The notes under the pieces were generated by a model. The model was given only the letters and a program-made list of their open reading frames with translations, was not told the origin of the DNA and made no database searches. The translations under genes were made by a program, and so were the position numbers. Below, piece by piece: positions 9,337-20,500 of a stretch of 64,000 nucleotides of DNA. The stretch covers positions 2,629,925 through 2,693,924 of the forward strand of contig OZ244909.1 of the NCBI GenBank assembly GCA_965221725.1. Reading direction: 5' to 3'. The stretch is from Gammaproteobacteria bacterium. Lineage in GTDB: Bacteria; Pseudomonadota; Gammaproteobacteria; HK1. How positions within the stretch are numbered: position 1 is the stretch's first letter; every line of letters begins with the position of its first letter.

Positions 9337-11391
9337 TCACTCCAGTAGAGCTTTGAGAAGTGCGTCAGGCGTATCCGAATAGAACAGGACGTTGATTCGC
9401 GTTGCCATGTCGTCGGAGAGCTCGAACAACTGCCGCCGCGCCGATACCGGCATCAGTACGACCGATGCTCCCTTCTCCACCGCAGCCTCCACGATTCCGA
9501 CGGCGTTCGCCAGCGGCTCCATCGAGCCACCAAGGTTCAACGCGCCGACCAGGATCAGGCCGCCCTTGATGTTCTTCTCCAGCAGACCGCTGCACAGCGC
9601 CATCAGCGCCGGCAACCCCATATCTGCGCCGGTGCGGTCGTTGTCCATGGCGCGGAGTTGTACCGAGAACTCATGGGCGCGGGGGTCTCGGTCTCCTACG
9701 AGTTCTTTCGCCCTGGTGTACAGGTTCTGCTCGGCGTACCGGACGCTCTCGCGAAAGGCAGGCGGAACCGGAGCATTCAGGATTCGGACCCCGCTGCCCT
9801 TGCCTGCGGTAACCTCGATTCGGTAGAGGCTCGGCCCCGTCTCCGGACTCCCCGGACCGATTCCCCAGACCTGTCCCGGCGGCAGGGGATCGGGATCGAT
9901 TGCTTCGTCACTGTGGAGCTCCGGTGTAACGACGAACTTCTCGACGCCGTCCTCCCCCATGGCGTAGCTGAAATGCGTGTTCCGAAACTCACTCCGGAAC
10001 ACCCGCTTCTGCTGCTCCTTGACCCTGCGCCGCGATTCGAGCGCGATGCGCACCAGCACCTCCAGCTCATCGTCCGGAACTTCCATCCCGGGGTCCGGAT
10101 ACAGCAGCTTGAGAAGTCCGCTCACTGTCTTGTTGACGGCGGTGATATCCCGGCCGCTCAGCGCGCCACCGAAGTGCACCCGCCCTTGCAGCGCCTGAAC
10201 CCGACTGCGGGTACGGAGGCGACTCCAGCACTCCGACAGGAAGTCGCTTACAAGGCCGAAGTGGTCCGTGAAGTGCTCGTTCGGATTGAGCTTGGGAAAG
10301 TCCCAGCCGGGGACATAGGCGTGGATGCGGTCCATGAACGCCGTGTCGTCCCGCATGTCCGCGGACAACGGACTCAGCAAGTGGCCGGCGCGCTGCTGAT
10401 CCTCGACCTCGACATCGAGGTTGCCCACCATGACCACACCACCTTCCGCCCGGATGCTCTCCTTGCCGCGCGAGAACTCGCCGGACTCCATGTAGCCCTT
10501 GAGGATGTTCACGCCGTCCTTCTGGTCGAAGGAGACGCCCGAAATCTCGTCGAAGCACACGACGTCGTACTGGCACACGAGTCCGCGCTGGCCGGAGGCG
10601 TTGTTGACGAACATCTTCGCCACCGTCGCCTTGCCGCCGGAAATCAGGTGCGCGTATGGTGAAATCTGCTGGAACAGGTGGCTCTTTCCGGTCCCGCGCG
10701 GTCCGAGCTCGACGAGGTTGTAGTTTTTCTCGACGAACGGCGCCATGCGGATCAGCGCGACGATCTGCGCCCGCTCCGACAGCGCCCCTGGCTCCAGCCC
10801 GACGCTGCGCAGCAGTAGCCGCCGCCACTCCTCGCTGGTCAGCGTCCGGCGTCCCCGAAAGAGCGTATCCAGGAGGTCGGCCTTCGAAAGCTGGATGGCA
10901 CGAAGGCTGTCGATTGCGAATGGTCGCCCGTTCTTCTCCAGCGCGATGGTCGCGTCGTAGCTCAACGTGACCTCGGCGTAGAAGCCGTCGGTGAGCATGC
11001 GCTCATGCTGCTTCACCAAGTCGTCGTCGACCCGCACGTCCTTGATGCCGAGGCTGGGAAGCTCCGCGATGAGCGAGTCAGTTCGCGCGTCCAGTCTCGC
11101 CCTGACGATGTCGATCAGCTTGATGGCGCCCCGCTCCCGGGCTCTCGCCTTGAACAGCTCCTCGTCACCGGTGCGCACCGTCCGGTCGGCGAGCTGCCGC
11201 TCGACGATCGCGAGTCCTTCCTCGATCTCCCGCCCGTCGGTGGTGGCGCAGTAGCGGCCGAGGAGAAACTCGACCACGTAGGTCGGTACCGGGTACTGCC
11301 GGGCGTATCTGCGAACCAGGTCCTTGCGGACGAGGTAGCCGTCGAATGCCTGCGCCGCCCGCTGGTCGAGACTGTCGAGCTCCAGCTTCAA
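9337..11391 (-). CDS. brxL: BREX system Lon-like AAA+ protein
   Basis: ELGPRGTGKSH Walker A, VCFDEI, GYMESGEFSRG and DTAFMDRIH, plus a Lon-like C-terminal domain. Last gene of the BREX operon. Confidence 0.92.
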   Translation of the reverse strand: MKLELDSLDQRAAQAFDGYLVRKDLVRRYARQYPVPTYVVEFLLGRYCATTDGREIEEGLAIVERQLADRTVRTGDEELFKARARERGAIKLIDIVRARLDARTDSLIAELPSLGIKDVRVDDDLVKQHERMLTDGFYAEVTLSYDATIALEKNGRPFAIDSLRAIQLSKADLLDTLFRGRRTLTSEEWRRLLLRSVGLEPGALSERAQIVALIRMAPFVEKNYNLVELGPRGTGKSHLFQQISPYAHLISGGKATVAKMFVNNASGQRGLVCQYDVVCFDEISGVSFDQKDGVNILKGYMESGEFSRGKESIRAEGGVVMVGNLDVEVEDQQRAGHLLSPLSADMRDDTAFMDRIHAYVPGWDFPKLNPNEHFTDHFGLVSDFLSECWSRLRTRSRVQALQGRVHFGGALSGRDITAVNKTVSGLLKLLYPDPGMEVPDDELEVLVRIALESRRRVKEQQKRVFRSEFRNTHFSYAMGEDGVEKFVVTPELHSDEAIDPDPLPPGQVWGIGPGSPETGPSLYRIEVTAGKGSGVRILNAPVPPAFRESVRYAEQNLYTRAKELVGDRDPRAHEFSVQLRAMDNDRTGADMGLPALMALCSGLLEKNIKGGLILVGALNLGGSMEPLANAVGIVEAAVEKGASVVLMPVSARRQLFELSDDMATRINVLFYSDTPDALLKALLE

Positions 11392-13766
11392 TCTTCACCT
11401 CCGATGATTGTCGATTGCCTCGCGACGACCGGACCGCTCGGATCCAGAACGACTACCGCGGCCGGCGTGCCTTCGAGCTCGTCGTCGGCGACCAGCAGGC
11501 TTGCCGCCCCCTCGGTATCCACCCGCCGCGCTCCGCTTGCGCTCGAGTCCGGGTCGTTGACGCGCGTCCGCAAGTCAACGGACAGTCCTGGCCGGGCGGG
11601 ATCGATGCGGACGCGGCACCGCAACCCGATCCAGGTCACTGCGGTGATGCTCGCATCCACAGTGGCGGAGGCCGCACCCGCGGTGACTCGAAGGACGGGA
11701 ATCAGGCTCTCCTGCAGGCTCAAGCCGCCGTGCGCGTACTCGTTGCCCGCGCCGAAGCAGGCGATTCCCGGGCCGACGGCGACCCGTTCCGCGGCGTTCC
11801 AGTACCAGGGAACGGTTGGCACCTGGACCGTGGAGTCCCCCTTGATGGAGGCGCAACGCGCCCAGCGGCTCCGAGTCAGGTACTTCGGCAGGTCCGCCTT
11901 GGGGAGTCCACCGGGAAGCCAGAGCCAGCCGTGGTCGGTGACGACACGGACCTCTCGCCAGCCGGCATCGAGGAGGGATTCGATGCGTTCGAGCAGCAAC
12001 GCGATCTGCTCGTTAATCCGCGCCGCCAGCTTCGCTTGCAGCGAATGGCCGAGCTTGTCGAGGTCGCCATACTCCGTCCAGGCCCGGCCGAAGGTTCCCC
12101 CCTCTCCCTCTGGGAGAGGGGACGGGGGTGAGGGTTCTCCTGTCTCGTCCGCGCTCAGGTACTGGTACCCGGATGCTTCGAGGAGCTTGCGGAACCGGTC
12201 CGTCGACAATGGACGTTTGATATCCGCATCCGCAGTGACGATCCGGAATTCCGCATCGAGCGATGCGCCCCCCAAGTGCTCGGATACCGGAGACACGGCC
12301 GGCTTTGCGGTCGCCGTCACCGTGGGATGGGCCGCCCACCGCGTGGATACTTCCACTGTGCGCCCTTTCGATTGCAGGCGTCCTACCAGACGCCGGGACA
12401 CATCCAGCCGGAGGCCGTCCGCGAAAAGGATGGCCGAGCCGGAATCGACACGCATGTCGTCCGCTTTCTGCTCGCTGTGGAGCGGCAGCGGCTCCTGGTC
12501 CGCCAATGCCTGAAGGTGACGCGCAGTCGCGTCCAGCCACGGCCGGTAGATGGCGTTCAGGGCACGGCTCACCGCGTTCGTATCCGCGGACGAGCTCACT
12601 TCGGCGAAGCAGGAAAGCGCTGCGGCGTCGATTGCCCAGGCACCCGCCGCGTACTGCGCGGCCATCTCGTCCGGGGAGATTCCCCCAAGCTCCCTCGACG
12701 TTCGCTCCGCGACTTCGGCCAAGTGCACGAGGGCGCGCGCGAGGGGGGCCAGGTCGAGCTTCGCCCATACCCATTCGCGCCTCGGGCCGTGGGTTTTCTC
12801 GAGCTTGATGACCTCTTCGCGTGCAGCCGATGGTGTCTTTCCCTTCAGGGCCTGGAGGGCTCGGCGCAGCTCCGCTTCACCCTTTTCATTGCTCTGAGGC
12901 CAGGAAGATGGCTGCTCGACGAACAGATCGTTCGGCATCGCCTTGCGCAGCATCCCCGGCAGGCCGGAATACAGCGCTGGGGACTCGGCGAATCGGCTCC
13001 ACACCGATCCCCACGATCCTTCGCGCCGGCCGAGGCGTTCCGCGGCAACCAGCGCGCCATCCTTGTCCGGGTCGAATCGGAAGTCGGACTTGCAACGCGA
13101 TGCAAAGGCGCTCCGCCGCCCGGCCTCCCAGCCCGCCGACACCGGTTCGGGCTCGCTGAGCCAGAGGAGCAAGTCCCTGATCGGGTCATCGGAGAAAAGT
13201 GCATCGAAATCGTTTGCTTCGAGGCGCCGGCCTTCCAGCAAGCGGATCGATGTGATGGCGAGTTCAGGGAGAGCCCCCAGCATGGACTGCCGAGTCGCCG
13301 TATCCCGAGCCACGTCCAGACCAAGGCCGCCATCGCTGGAGACCATGAATGCCTCCACCGTCCAGTCCCGGCCGTTCTTCTGCGTCCAGCACGTACCCCG
13401 GTACTGAAGCTCCACCAGCGGCTTCAGGTCGCTCGGACAGGCTTCCGCCGAACCGAGTGCCTTCCGACTCACGTCGGGCAGGTAGACCACGGGGGTAGTG
13501 TCGCTGGCGAGCCCTGGCAGTTCCAGCGCTCGATCGACCACGCACCGCAGCCAGATCGATGGTCCGGTCCGGTTCTCTGGTTCGTACTCGCCGAGAACCA
13601 GAAGCTGCGGCATCAATGCGCGGAGCCGCGTGAGAATGGGCCGCCACTGCCCGTCGTGGTCGGTCCAGAGAACCGCGATGGGTTTCTCGGCGTCGTTGGG
13701 GTTGTGGGCGGATGCGGACTCGAGCGACGCCTTCAGTCGCTCGACGACGGTACGACCGGAGTCCAT
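11388..13766 (-). CDS. pglZ: BREX phosphatase/nuclease PglZ (type B)
   Basis: ILFADGLRLD, PTVTATAKPAVSP, VVTDHGWL and YAHGGLSLQE alkaline-phosphatase-fold motifs; 4-bp overlap with brxL. Confidence 0.92.
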   Translation of the reverse strand: MDSGRTVVERLKASLESASAHNPNDAEKPIAVLWTDHDGQWRPILTRLRALMPQLLVLGEYEPENRTGPSIWLRCVVDRALELPGLASDTTPVVYLPDVSRKALGSAEACPSDLKPLVELQYRGTCWTQKNGRDWTVEAFMVSSDGGLGLDVARDTATRQSMLGALPELAITSIRLLEGRRLEANDFDALFSDDPIRDLLLWLSEPEPVSAGWEAGRRSAFASRCKSDFRFDPDKDGALVAAERLGRREGSWGSVWSRFAESPALYSGLPGMLRKAMPNDLFVEQPSSWPQSNEKGEAELRRALQALKGKTPSAAREEVIKLEKTHGPRREWVWAKLDLAPLARALVHLAEVAERTSRELGGISPDEMAAQYAAGAWAIDAAALSCFAEVSSSADTNAVSRALNAIYRPWLDATARHLQALADQEPLPLHSEQKADDMRVDSGSAILFADGLRLDVSRRLVGRLQSKGRTVEVSTRWAAHPTVTATAKPAVSPVSEHLGGASLDAEFRIVTADADIKRPLSTDRFRKLLEASGYQYLSADETGEPSPPSPLPEGEGGTFGRAWTEYGDLDKLGHSLQAKLAARINEQIALLLERIESLLDAGWREVRVVTDHGWLWLPGGLPKADLPKYLTRSRWARCASIKGDSTVQVPTVPWYWNAAERVAVGPGIACFGAGNEYAHGGLSLQESLIPVLRVTAGAASATVDASITAVTWIGLRCRVRIDPARPGLSVDLRTRVNDPDSSASGARRVDTEGAASLLVADDELEGTPAAVVVLDPSGPVVARQSTIIGGED
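12099..12134. repeat. REP-like palindromic element inserted in frame in pglZ (encodes PSPPSPLPEGEG)
   Basis: Perfect 10-bp inverted repeat CCCCTCTCCC-tct-GGGAGAGGGG (12099-12121) followed by acGGGGGTGAGGG. Confidence 0.85.
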
Positions 13767-14018
13767 CTCAATTCCCCACTGTTCCGGTCACGCACTGGCC
13801 GCGTGAATCGTCAGCAACAGCGGATGTGTCCGCAAGCAAATCGCGGCGAAGTGCCTCAATCGAAGCTCCTGCAAACCGGGCACCGGTGAAGTCCAGAATC
13901 CTGCTTTCACCCATCCGTATGTTGTTCAATAGTGATTCTGTGCTATCAGCCAATGGGGCGGTCGGCGACACGCTGGAGATGTTCACGACTCAATCCCTGC
14001 TCTCGATGCTACGAGTGG

Positions 14019-14231
14019 TCACCCCACCCGCGAATATGGATAGCTGTTCTTTATGTAGTAATTCAGAAACTGGCCCTTGGAGGATGCCTGCATGATCTGC
14101 TCATACATATGGTCAGGTACACCATAGTATTGGTACACGCGACCATTCAGAAATTCGACTTCCAACGTTTGCGCGCAAGTATCGTACCCAATCGAACTTA
14201 CATTCGATGATGCTACCGGACTCTTATTCAT
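14019..14231 (-). CDS. KTSC-domain protein
   Basis: MNKSPVASSNVSSIGYD...TLEVEFLNGRVYQYYGVP...SKGQFLN is a classic KTSC pattern. The ATG overlaps the herA stop region. Confidence 0.88.
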   Translation of the reverse strand: MNKSPVASSNVSSIGYDTCAQTLEVEFLNGRVYQYYGVPDHMYEQIMQASSKGQFLNYYIKNSYPYSRVG

Positions 14232-16074
14232 TATCGTTTCCCCTGTCTTCCGAGATGGTGTCATCTACCGGAATTCGTTGAATATTCAGATCTTGAGTCA
14301 CCGCAAGTGGTCTTTGTGCTCTCCAAGACGCTACGACTCGATCATAACCTTCGCCCCGTCTGTCCAAACGCCATTTCTCGCTTACCTCGGGGTCCCCACT
14401 TCGCGGCCGGTATCGTTCCTCCGGCAGCGTAACGCGGCAGCGCATTGGCAACTTTGCGGCCTCTCCGGTAACGATGGTTTCTCCGGTCCGCAGAATGGGC
14501 AAGACGTCGAGCAAACCGGCGAGTCCGTCCGGCAACGTCCCTTGAACGCGGGAGCGGTCCGAAGGGTTTGACAGCCGAAGGGCAAAGAAGGTACCGCACT
14601 GTGAAAGGACTGTTTCGTTCACTTCCGACGGACGTTGACTGATGACCATGGCGCCAACGCCATACTTGCGTCCTTCCTTAGCAATTCGCTGCACTACATC
14701 GGAGGCCAACTGGTCAGATTTCTCGGAGAGATAGCGATGTGCCTCTTCCATCACCACAAGCAGCGGTCTATTGATTCCACCTTCTGATTTTTCTCGGCTC
14801 CAGAACAGTGCCTCGTAGACGACCTTCAGAATCGAGCCGACGAGACGTTCGAGAACCGCACTCGGTACGCCCGATAGGTCAAGAATCGTGATGGGTTTTT
14901 CGCCGCCCAGCCACCGTCGCAAAATTCCGTCCAGATCCTCTTGGGTTCTCCCTGAGAGGTCGGGCTCCCATGGTCCTGGATGAAGAAGAAAATCATATCG
15001 TCGGTCCAGTAATCTGGACCGAAGCAGATTCAACGGCCTTTGAATTCCGACTGCTTGGTTGTTCAAGAATGGACCGGCAGCGCCCATGGCGTGGAGTTTG
15101 TATCTTGGAGGTACCAGTCTATCTGGATCACCTGCATTCTGACGAGTCGACTGATCTCTATTCGGCCCTTCGAATGTGGTGATCTCGAAATCGATCAGAT
15201 CGTACCAGAGGCGCTTGAGGCTGAAGGGCAAGGGCGTATCAACAGTAATGGAGGCGGAATCGACGCCAGGAAACTGTTGTGCCTCGTGGGATTTCAGCTT
15301 GAGTTCGAAAATCTTGTCAGTGAAAGCCGTCTCGCGATTGCCCTCCAGTCCACCGGTGAGAAACTCAAGCAGTTCACTCGTGTCCAGAGCCCAGTATGGG
15401 ATGAATAGCCGTTCTTCGCCATATTGCGGCTCGACACTGAACACCTGTGCCACGTCGGCGAGTGGTGCCGAGTATTCGCCGTGCACATCCAGCATCAATA
15501 CGCGTGCGCTGGGATACGACACATCACCCACCGGGGACGTGGTGATGGCTCTGAGGAGACTCGCAATCGTGGTCGACTTGCCGGAGCCCGTGGAACCCAG
15601 GACTGCGGAGTGACGCGTCACGAGCTCGTTGAGTGCGACCTTGGCGGAGATGCTTTCGGCGCTGGAAAGCGTTCCAATCGTTACGTGGCCTTGTCCCGGA
15701 ACATCGTACACTCGGCGCAAGTGTTCCTCGATGGCCAGGTGGACAGAGTCACCAATATTCGGATACTGACTGATCCCGCGCTCGAACATGCCTCCGACGA
15801 TCTCACCGACGAGTTCGATGGTCATCCAACGCCCCACGTCCTCGACGGTGTCCACGTGCTCCGGCACGGCCCCCGCGCCAACCGTGGCCACGATGCCCAG
15901 CAGGTCCTGATAGCCTTGCGGCACTCGAACGAAACTGCCGACTTGACCGACTCTGTACGTTCGTCCGTTGATGATGGACAGACCGGATGCGACCGACTGA
16001 GCAAGGTGGACGGTGAGTGCTGCTCCGGAGACAGATGCGATTCTGCCGAGATACGTCGGGTCGCGGCTAAGCAT
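14224..16074 (-). CDS. herA: HerA/FtsK-family ATPase (DUF87), partner of SIR2
   Basis: N-terminal HAS-barrel-like region, Walker A LGSTGSGKST, Walker B VVMEEAHRY, RIAKEGRKYG and SQRPSE. ATG 16074 overlaps the SIR2 stop. Confidence 0.9.
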   Translation of the reverse strand: MLSRDPTYLGRIASVSGAALTVHLAQSVASGLSIINGRTYRVGQVGSFVRVPQGYQDLLGIVATVGAGAVPEHVDTVEDVGRWMTIELVGEIVGGMFERGISQYPNIGDSVHLAIEEHLRRVYDVPGQGHVTIGTLSSAESISAKVALNELVTRHSAVLGSTGSGKSTTIASLLRAITTSPVGDVSYPSARVLMLDVHGEYSAPLADVAQVFSVEPQYGEERLFIPYWALDTSELLEFLTGGLEGNRETAFTDKIFELKLKSHEAQQFPGVDSASITVDTPLPFSLKRLWYDLIDFEITTFEGPNRDQSTRQNAGDPDRLVPPRYKLHAMGAAGPFLNNQAVGIQRPLNLLRSRLLDRRYDFLLHPGPWEPDLSGRTQEDLDGILRRWLGGEKPITILDLSGVPSAVLERLVGSILKVVYEALFWSREKSEGGINRPLLVVMEEAHRYLSEKSDQLASDVVQRIAKEGRKYGVGAMVISQRPSEVNETVLSQCGTFFALRLSNPSDRSRVQGTLPDGLAGLLDVLPILRTGETIVTGEAAKLPMRCRVTLPEERYRPRSGDPEVSEKWRLDRRGEGYDRVVASWRAQRPLAVTQDLNIQRIPVDDTISEDRGNDNE

Positions 16075-17314
16075 CGGGGCTGTCCGCCTTGTTCTGGGGC
16101 TCTGCGAGTTCTTCCGCATCAGGGCGCGATTGCGGCGCGGAGGATGACATCTGCTGAGCTTGAGTCAGCGCAAGAAATTCGGCCAGGCTGGCGAAGTCAC
16201 CGAGCAGAAATTCAGCCGGCCTGTCTGCGGCGGGAACACGCCAAAATGTCTGGCGGATGTTCTCCTTGTCCTCGTCAGAAGAATGGCTGGGTTGCCATCG
16301 CCCAATGACGCTACTGATGACGGCGCCGTCACGTGCGTAGACACTTAGATTGGGTCGCGATCGAGCAAGCTTGATCGCCGACTGTTCGTCATCGATTCGA
16401 CGGTACTGGAATGCGAATACGGCGGTATGGGAATTCGCGGCCAGTGACTCGTCCAGCACTGCGCAGATGTGAGCATCGAGAAATGAGAATCCCGTGCAGA
16501 TCAGCAGGGTGTCAGGCGTCGTCAAGAACTGCCGCAGCCGTTCGAACAATGCGGAGTAGGGCAGTCTCGTGACCTGATCGTACTTGAGGTGGTCAGGGTA
16601 AATCAGTTCCGTGGTTTCTCGCTGACCGGTTCTGACGACGGTGTCCCCCTTGACCTTCCAGCCAAGTGAACCGTGGAGCTTCCAGAGGCGGGACCAACGA
16701 GCTGGGAGCTCGTCCAGGGAAACGCTGGCCGGATCAAAGAAAGGGAAGTGTGATCCCGTAAACCCATCGAAGTAGGCGACTCTGGCTCTTTCAAAGGCCT
16801 CCTCGATGAGAAGGTCGTAGTTGGGCGTGAAAATCTCGACCGAGTGCTCCCTTTGTGTACCAGCGATCCATGAGACAAGTTGCGAGTAAGGATTGGATTG
16901 CTCCGGAAGGCGCGAGCGCACTTGGGCTCCGATTTCCGCACAAATACGTCGTCCGAGATCATCGTATCCGCCCCCATCCAATCCGTGAACGAATGCTGTT
17001 CCGATCGCCTGGGCGAGTTTACGTACTTGGGTCAATATCGCCTCGATGTTGCCGTTTCCCGGGATCTCGTTCTTCAGAACGTCGACTCGACTTCGGTCTT
17101 CGTCGGCAAGCGCGACAAGGACGGCGTCCGTGAGGCCGGCGACATCGGGTATGAGCGGTTTGCCATCCGGGACAATGCGGTTGTGGTCGTCGACGCGAAC
17201 TGCCGTCGGTGCCCCCGCGCCGATGAGGATGCCGATACGCTTTCGACCCTGCGACAGGATTTGGCGTAGATCGGCCATGTAGCGATCCGGGTTGTGAAGG
17301 GTGGCAGGAGGCAT
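16067..17314 (-). CDS. SIR2-like (SIR2_2) NADase of a SIR2-HerA anti-phage system
   Basis: LIGAGA, IFTPNYDLL and WKLHGSLGW motifs, plus LLICTGFSFLDAHI. ATG 17314 is preceded by GAGGA. Confidence 0.9.
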   Translation of the reverse strand: MPPATLHNPDRYMADLRQILSQGRKRIGILIGAGAPTAVRVDDHNRIVPDGKPLIPDVAGLTDAVLVALADEDRSRVDVLKNEIPGNGNIEAILTQVRKLAQAIGTAFVHGLDGGGYDDLGRRICAEIGAQVRSRLPEQSNPYSQLVSWIAGTQREHSVEIFTPNYDLLIEEAFERARVAYFDGFTGSHFPFFDPASVSLDELPARWSRLWKLHGSLGWKVKGDTVVRTGQRETTELIYPDHLKYDQVTRLPYSALFERLRQFLTTPDTLLICTGFSFLDAHICAVLDESLAANSHTAVFAFQYRRIDDEQSAIKLARSRPNLSVYARDGAVISSVIGRWQPSHSSDEDKENIRQTFWRVPAADRPAEFLLGDFASLAEFLALTQAQQMSSSAPQSRPDAEELAEPQNKADSPDA

Positions 17315-17352
17315 TTGTCGAATCCTCAATATGTCGTGGCGACATGCCGTGG

Positions 17353-17568
17353 CTACGCAACATCCGCGGCAAGCTGTCGAGTCTGTTCATCAAGGGTTCG
17401 AATCGCACCCTGGATGGCGTCAACCTCCCGTTCCTCGAAGAACGGCTCGCCGCACTGGCCGCAGACCCAGGCTGGTACGGCATCGAGCGCCAGGTGGTAT
17501 CCGTGCCGATCGACATGAAAGGGCACGGTCGAGCGTTTCATTACTCCTCTGCAGTGAAGGCATTCCAT
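17353..17568 (-). CDS. YgiT/MqsA-type zinc-finger protein (orphan antitoxin-like)
   Basis: CLHC...VPAWVCGQCGEPFF (two CxxC pairs), 71 aa; overlaps the pglX 3' end. Confidence 0.75.
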   Translation of the reverse strand: MECLHCRGVMKRSTVPFHVDRHGYHLALDAVPAWVCGQCGEPFFEEREVDAIQGAIRTLDEQTRQLAADVA

Positions 17569-20500
17569 TGCAGGTCGTTCCAGCGATTGCCGTCGAAGTC
17601 GGAACCTCCCGGGAAGTCGGTGCGGCCGGTCTGCGAACCCTCACCGGGGCAGTTCCAGAACCACGGATAGTCTTCCCGCGGCCGAAGCTCGTGGTCCTCG
17701 TCCACGTCCGTTGCTTCGTCGTCCTGCCGCCATGCAGGCTTCGACCGTTTGACCGGCTCGAGTACCTCCTTGCCTCGGTCCTTCTTCCACGAAATCTTGG
17801 GTCTGGTGCGGAGGATGCCCGCACCTTTCTTGCCGCCGGGGATGTCTTCGGCCATGAAGGGACGGATGTTGAGCCGTACACCGTCGTTGATGTCCGGCTC
17901 CCAGCCGATGGGTTGTTCGTGGATTGGCTTCCAGCGGACGAAGATGTCAAAGGGGGGGGCGCCTTCGAGGATGGCTTCGAGGCGCCTCTTGAGTTCATGC
18001 GCTGCCGCCAAACGGTCCTCTGCGCCCGCTTCACGACGCTGTGCGGCATCCCTCTGCCGCGTAATCCAGTCGCCGAGATAGCTGTAGGTGAGGGATTCCA
18101 GAAGTCGGCGACCCTTGCCGTCTCCCGCGGCCAGCTTGTGGTAGTTGACCAGCGCGTGAAAGCCGTCGCGGCGACGACCATCCCAGATGTGCCAGATGAA
18201 GGGACGATGGTGGAACACCTTGCAGTGCTGGTCGAAGAAGCGGTCGCGGAGCCACTCTTCGAGGCTGTTGCTGTCTACATTGGCGAGGATGGTAGTGAGA
18301 ACGGCGTCACTCCATGTGTCGCCGTATGCCGCCGCAAGCAGGCCAAGCAGTCGGTCCCAAGCCGGCGGTTCGCCTCGTACCGGTGGGATGCAGACGATGC
18401 CGTCCTCGTCCACCAATTTGAGAAGCGCCGTGGTGCGCCATACCCATTCACGCTGTTCGTCGGCCAACTCCATGTCGAAGTCCTGCTCTGCCGGCCATCG
18501 GTAGGCGAACAGACGGGCAACGGCGACGTGCAACACCGTCGGATCGGTCCGCAGTGGGCCGTGAACGATGTGTTTCCGCGTCTCGTCCCAGATTACTGAT
18601 CCACAGGGGTGACCGTGGAAGATCCACTGGGTCGGGTCGTCGGAGTAGGGTCGAGGGAGGCCGTTGGGGTACTGCTCGCTGGCCACATTCGTCCAGCGAT
18701 CGAGATCGAAGGGGACCTTGGCCAGTGTGGCGTTGGTGACGTTGAGCTTCTGATCGATGCGCCGGACTGCTTCGTTGTACTCGGGGGAGGAGCAGAAGCA
18801 CAACACAGGCAGGAGATGATCCGGATTCTTCGGAACAATCGGTACACAGCTAATGTCGAACAGATCTCCGCTGTAGAGAGTGGCCGGCAATTCACGCATC
18901 ACGCGGACTGCGATTCCCTGCTTCTCCCATACTGCTCTGCCCTTCACGTAGGCGTTTGGGTTTTCGTAATGTATGCGCCCGCCGTCCGCCCAGAAGAAAA
19001 CACGCTCCCGGCCGCCGTAGTGCATTGTCTCGTCTACCGGAGTCTGAAACCGACACCACAACGAGTTACCGAGCGCCACCTCCCAGAAATACATTCGAAA
19101 GCGTAGTGAGTCACCACCGTGCATGCCGTTCGGCGCAAGAGCGTATTTCTCCAGTAGTGCTGCGGACGAAGGTAGCTCCAGCGTGACCCGGGCATCCGGG
19201 TTCCCTAGTTGCTCGGCTTGCTCGACGCTCAGAGTCTCCGCGTCCCTCAGCCGCGCGGCTTTCTCGCTGGCCGTTCGGAAATTGGAGACATCCAGCCCAC
19301 GCATTGCAGGGGGAGTTGAAATGACAGCGGTCACTCCATCGAAACGACTGTGGGGATGCTCATGGCCCAGCGTGAGCAGAATCGCCTTGACCACTTCGCC
19401 AGTGACGGTTTCGAATGCCCCCGGACCCAAACGCGCGAGCATATGCCACGTCGCCGTCTTCAATAACCCTTGCCGGAGCTTACGGTACGAAGCAAGGAAC
19501 AACCAGTTCTGCGGAAGCACGAGACTGGCGGTTCCACCCTCCGTGCATAATTCCAGACAACGCTCCAGGAACGCGGTAGCCAAATCATGCTTGGCGCGGG
19601 GGTGGCGCCGTTCACAGAACGCGCGCAACGCCTGGCTCTGCTTGCCGCGCGCAAGGTAGGGCACGTTGGTGACGACAAGTGTGTACCGCTCGGACAGCAA
19701 CTGCGCGGCCCGCGCCATTCCACGTGCGGCCACCGCACGCTCGATTTCGTCGTCGCTCGTGCGCTCCTGTTCCAGCACGACGGCAAACAGTTCTCGAATC
19801 GACTCGAAATCGTGCTGGAAGAGATCTGCTTGAAGCGCGTGCGGGTCGATGAGCGAGCCGAGCACCGGCGCCTGCGAGAACAGCTCGTACAGGGTCTCCA
19901 TGCTGTTGCGGAGAGGCGCGGAGACCAGCGTGTCATCAACGTCGAACAAATCGCGACCCGGGGGAAGTCCGCTGGCGGCCGCAGCCCGCTCCGAAAGCGC
20001 CGTCCATTGCTCCTTGGTCGCATTGGGCGCCAAGCCGGAGCAGGCAAGGTTCATCTCGGGGAGGAGCCGATAGTCTTCGGTGCCCGAATAAGTCCAGGCC
20101 GCGAGCGCCAGGGCGAACGCCGCAACCTCGACGCAACGTGAGTCGAGTTCCAGGCCGTACAGGTTCTCCCGCAGCACCGCGTCCACGGCGTCCCGAGCAG
20201 AGAGCCCTTCCAGCTCCATGCGCATCGGAACGAGCATCGAGAAGGCGGCGACGAGAAAGTGCCCCGAGCCGCAGCAAGGGTCCAGAATGCGCAGCTCGCT
20301 CAATCGTTCCGGCCACCGGTCGAAGGCCCCCGCGGCCGGATGCCAGCGCCCTGGCTTCGCTTCATGCAAGTGACTCGCCTGACCGGGGTCGACGGCAACC
20401 GCGTCCGAACCGACAAGAGTCGACGACTCCCCCGACTCTGTGGCCGTCACACCCTCGCCGGCGCCTGTGTCCGCACCCGCGGACTTCGGTTCTGTCGCTT

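Noticed and set aside
13768-13986. 72-aa ORF between KTSC and pglZ
   Set aside because: No recognisable motif and no clear RBS; it may be spurious or a remnant.
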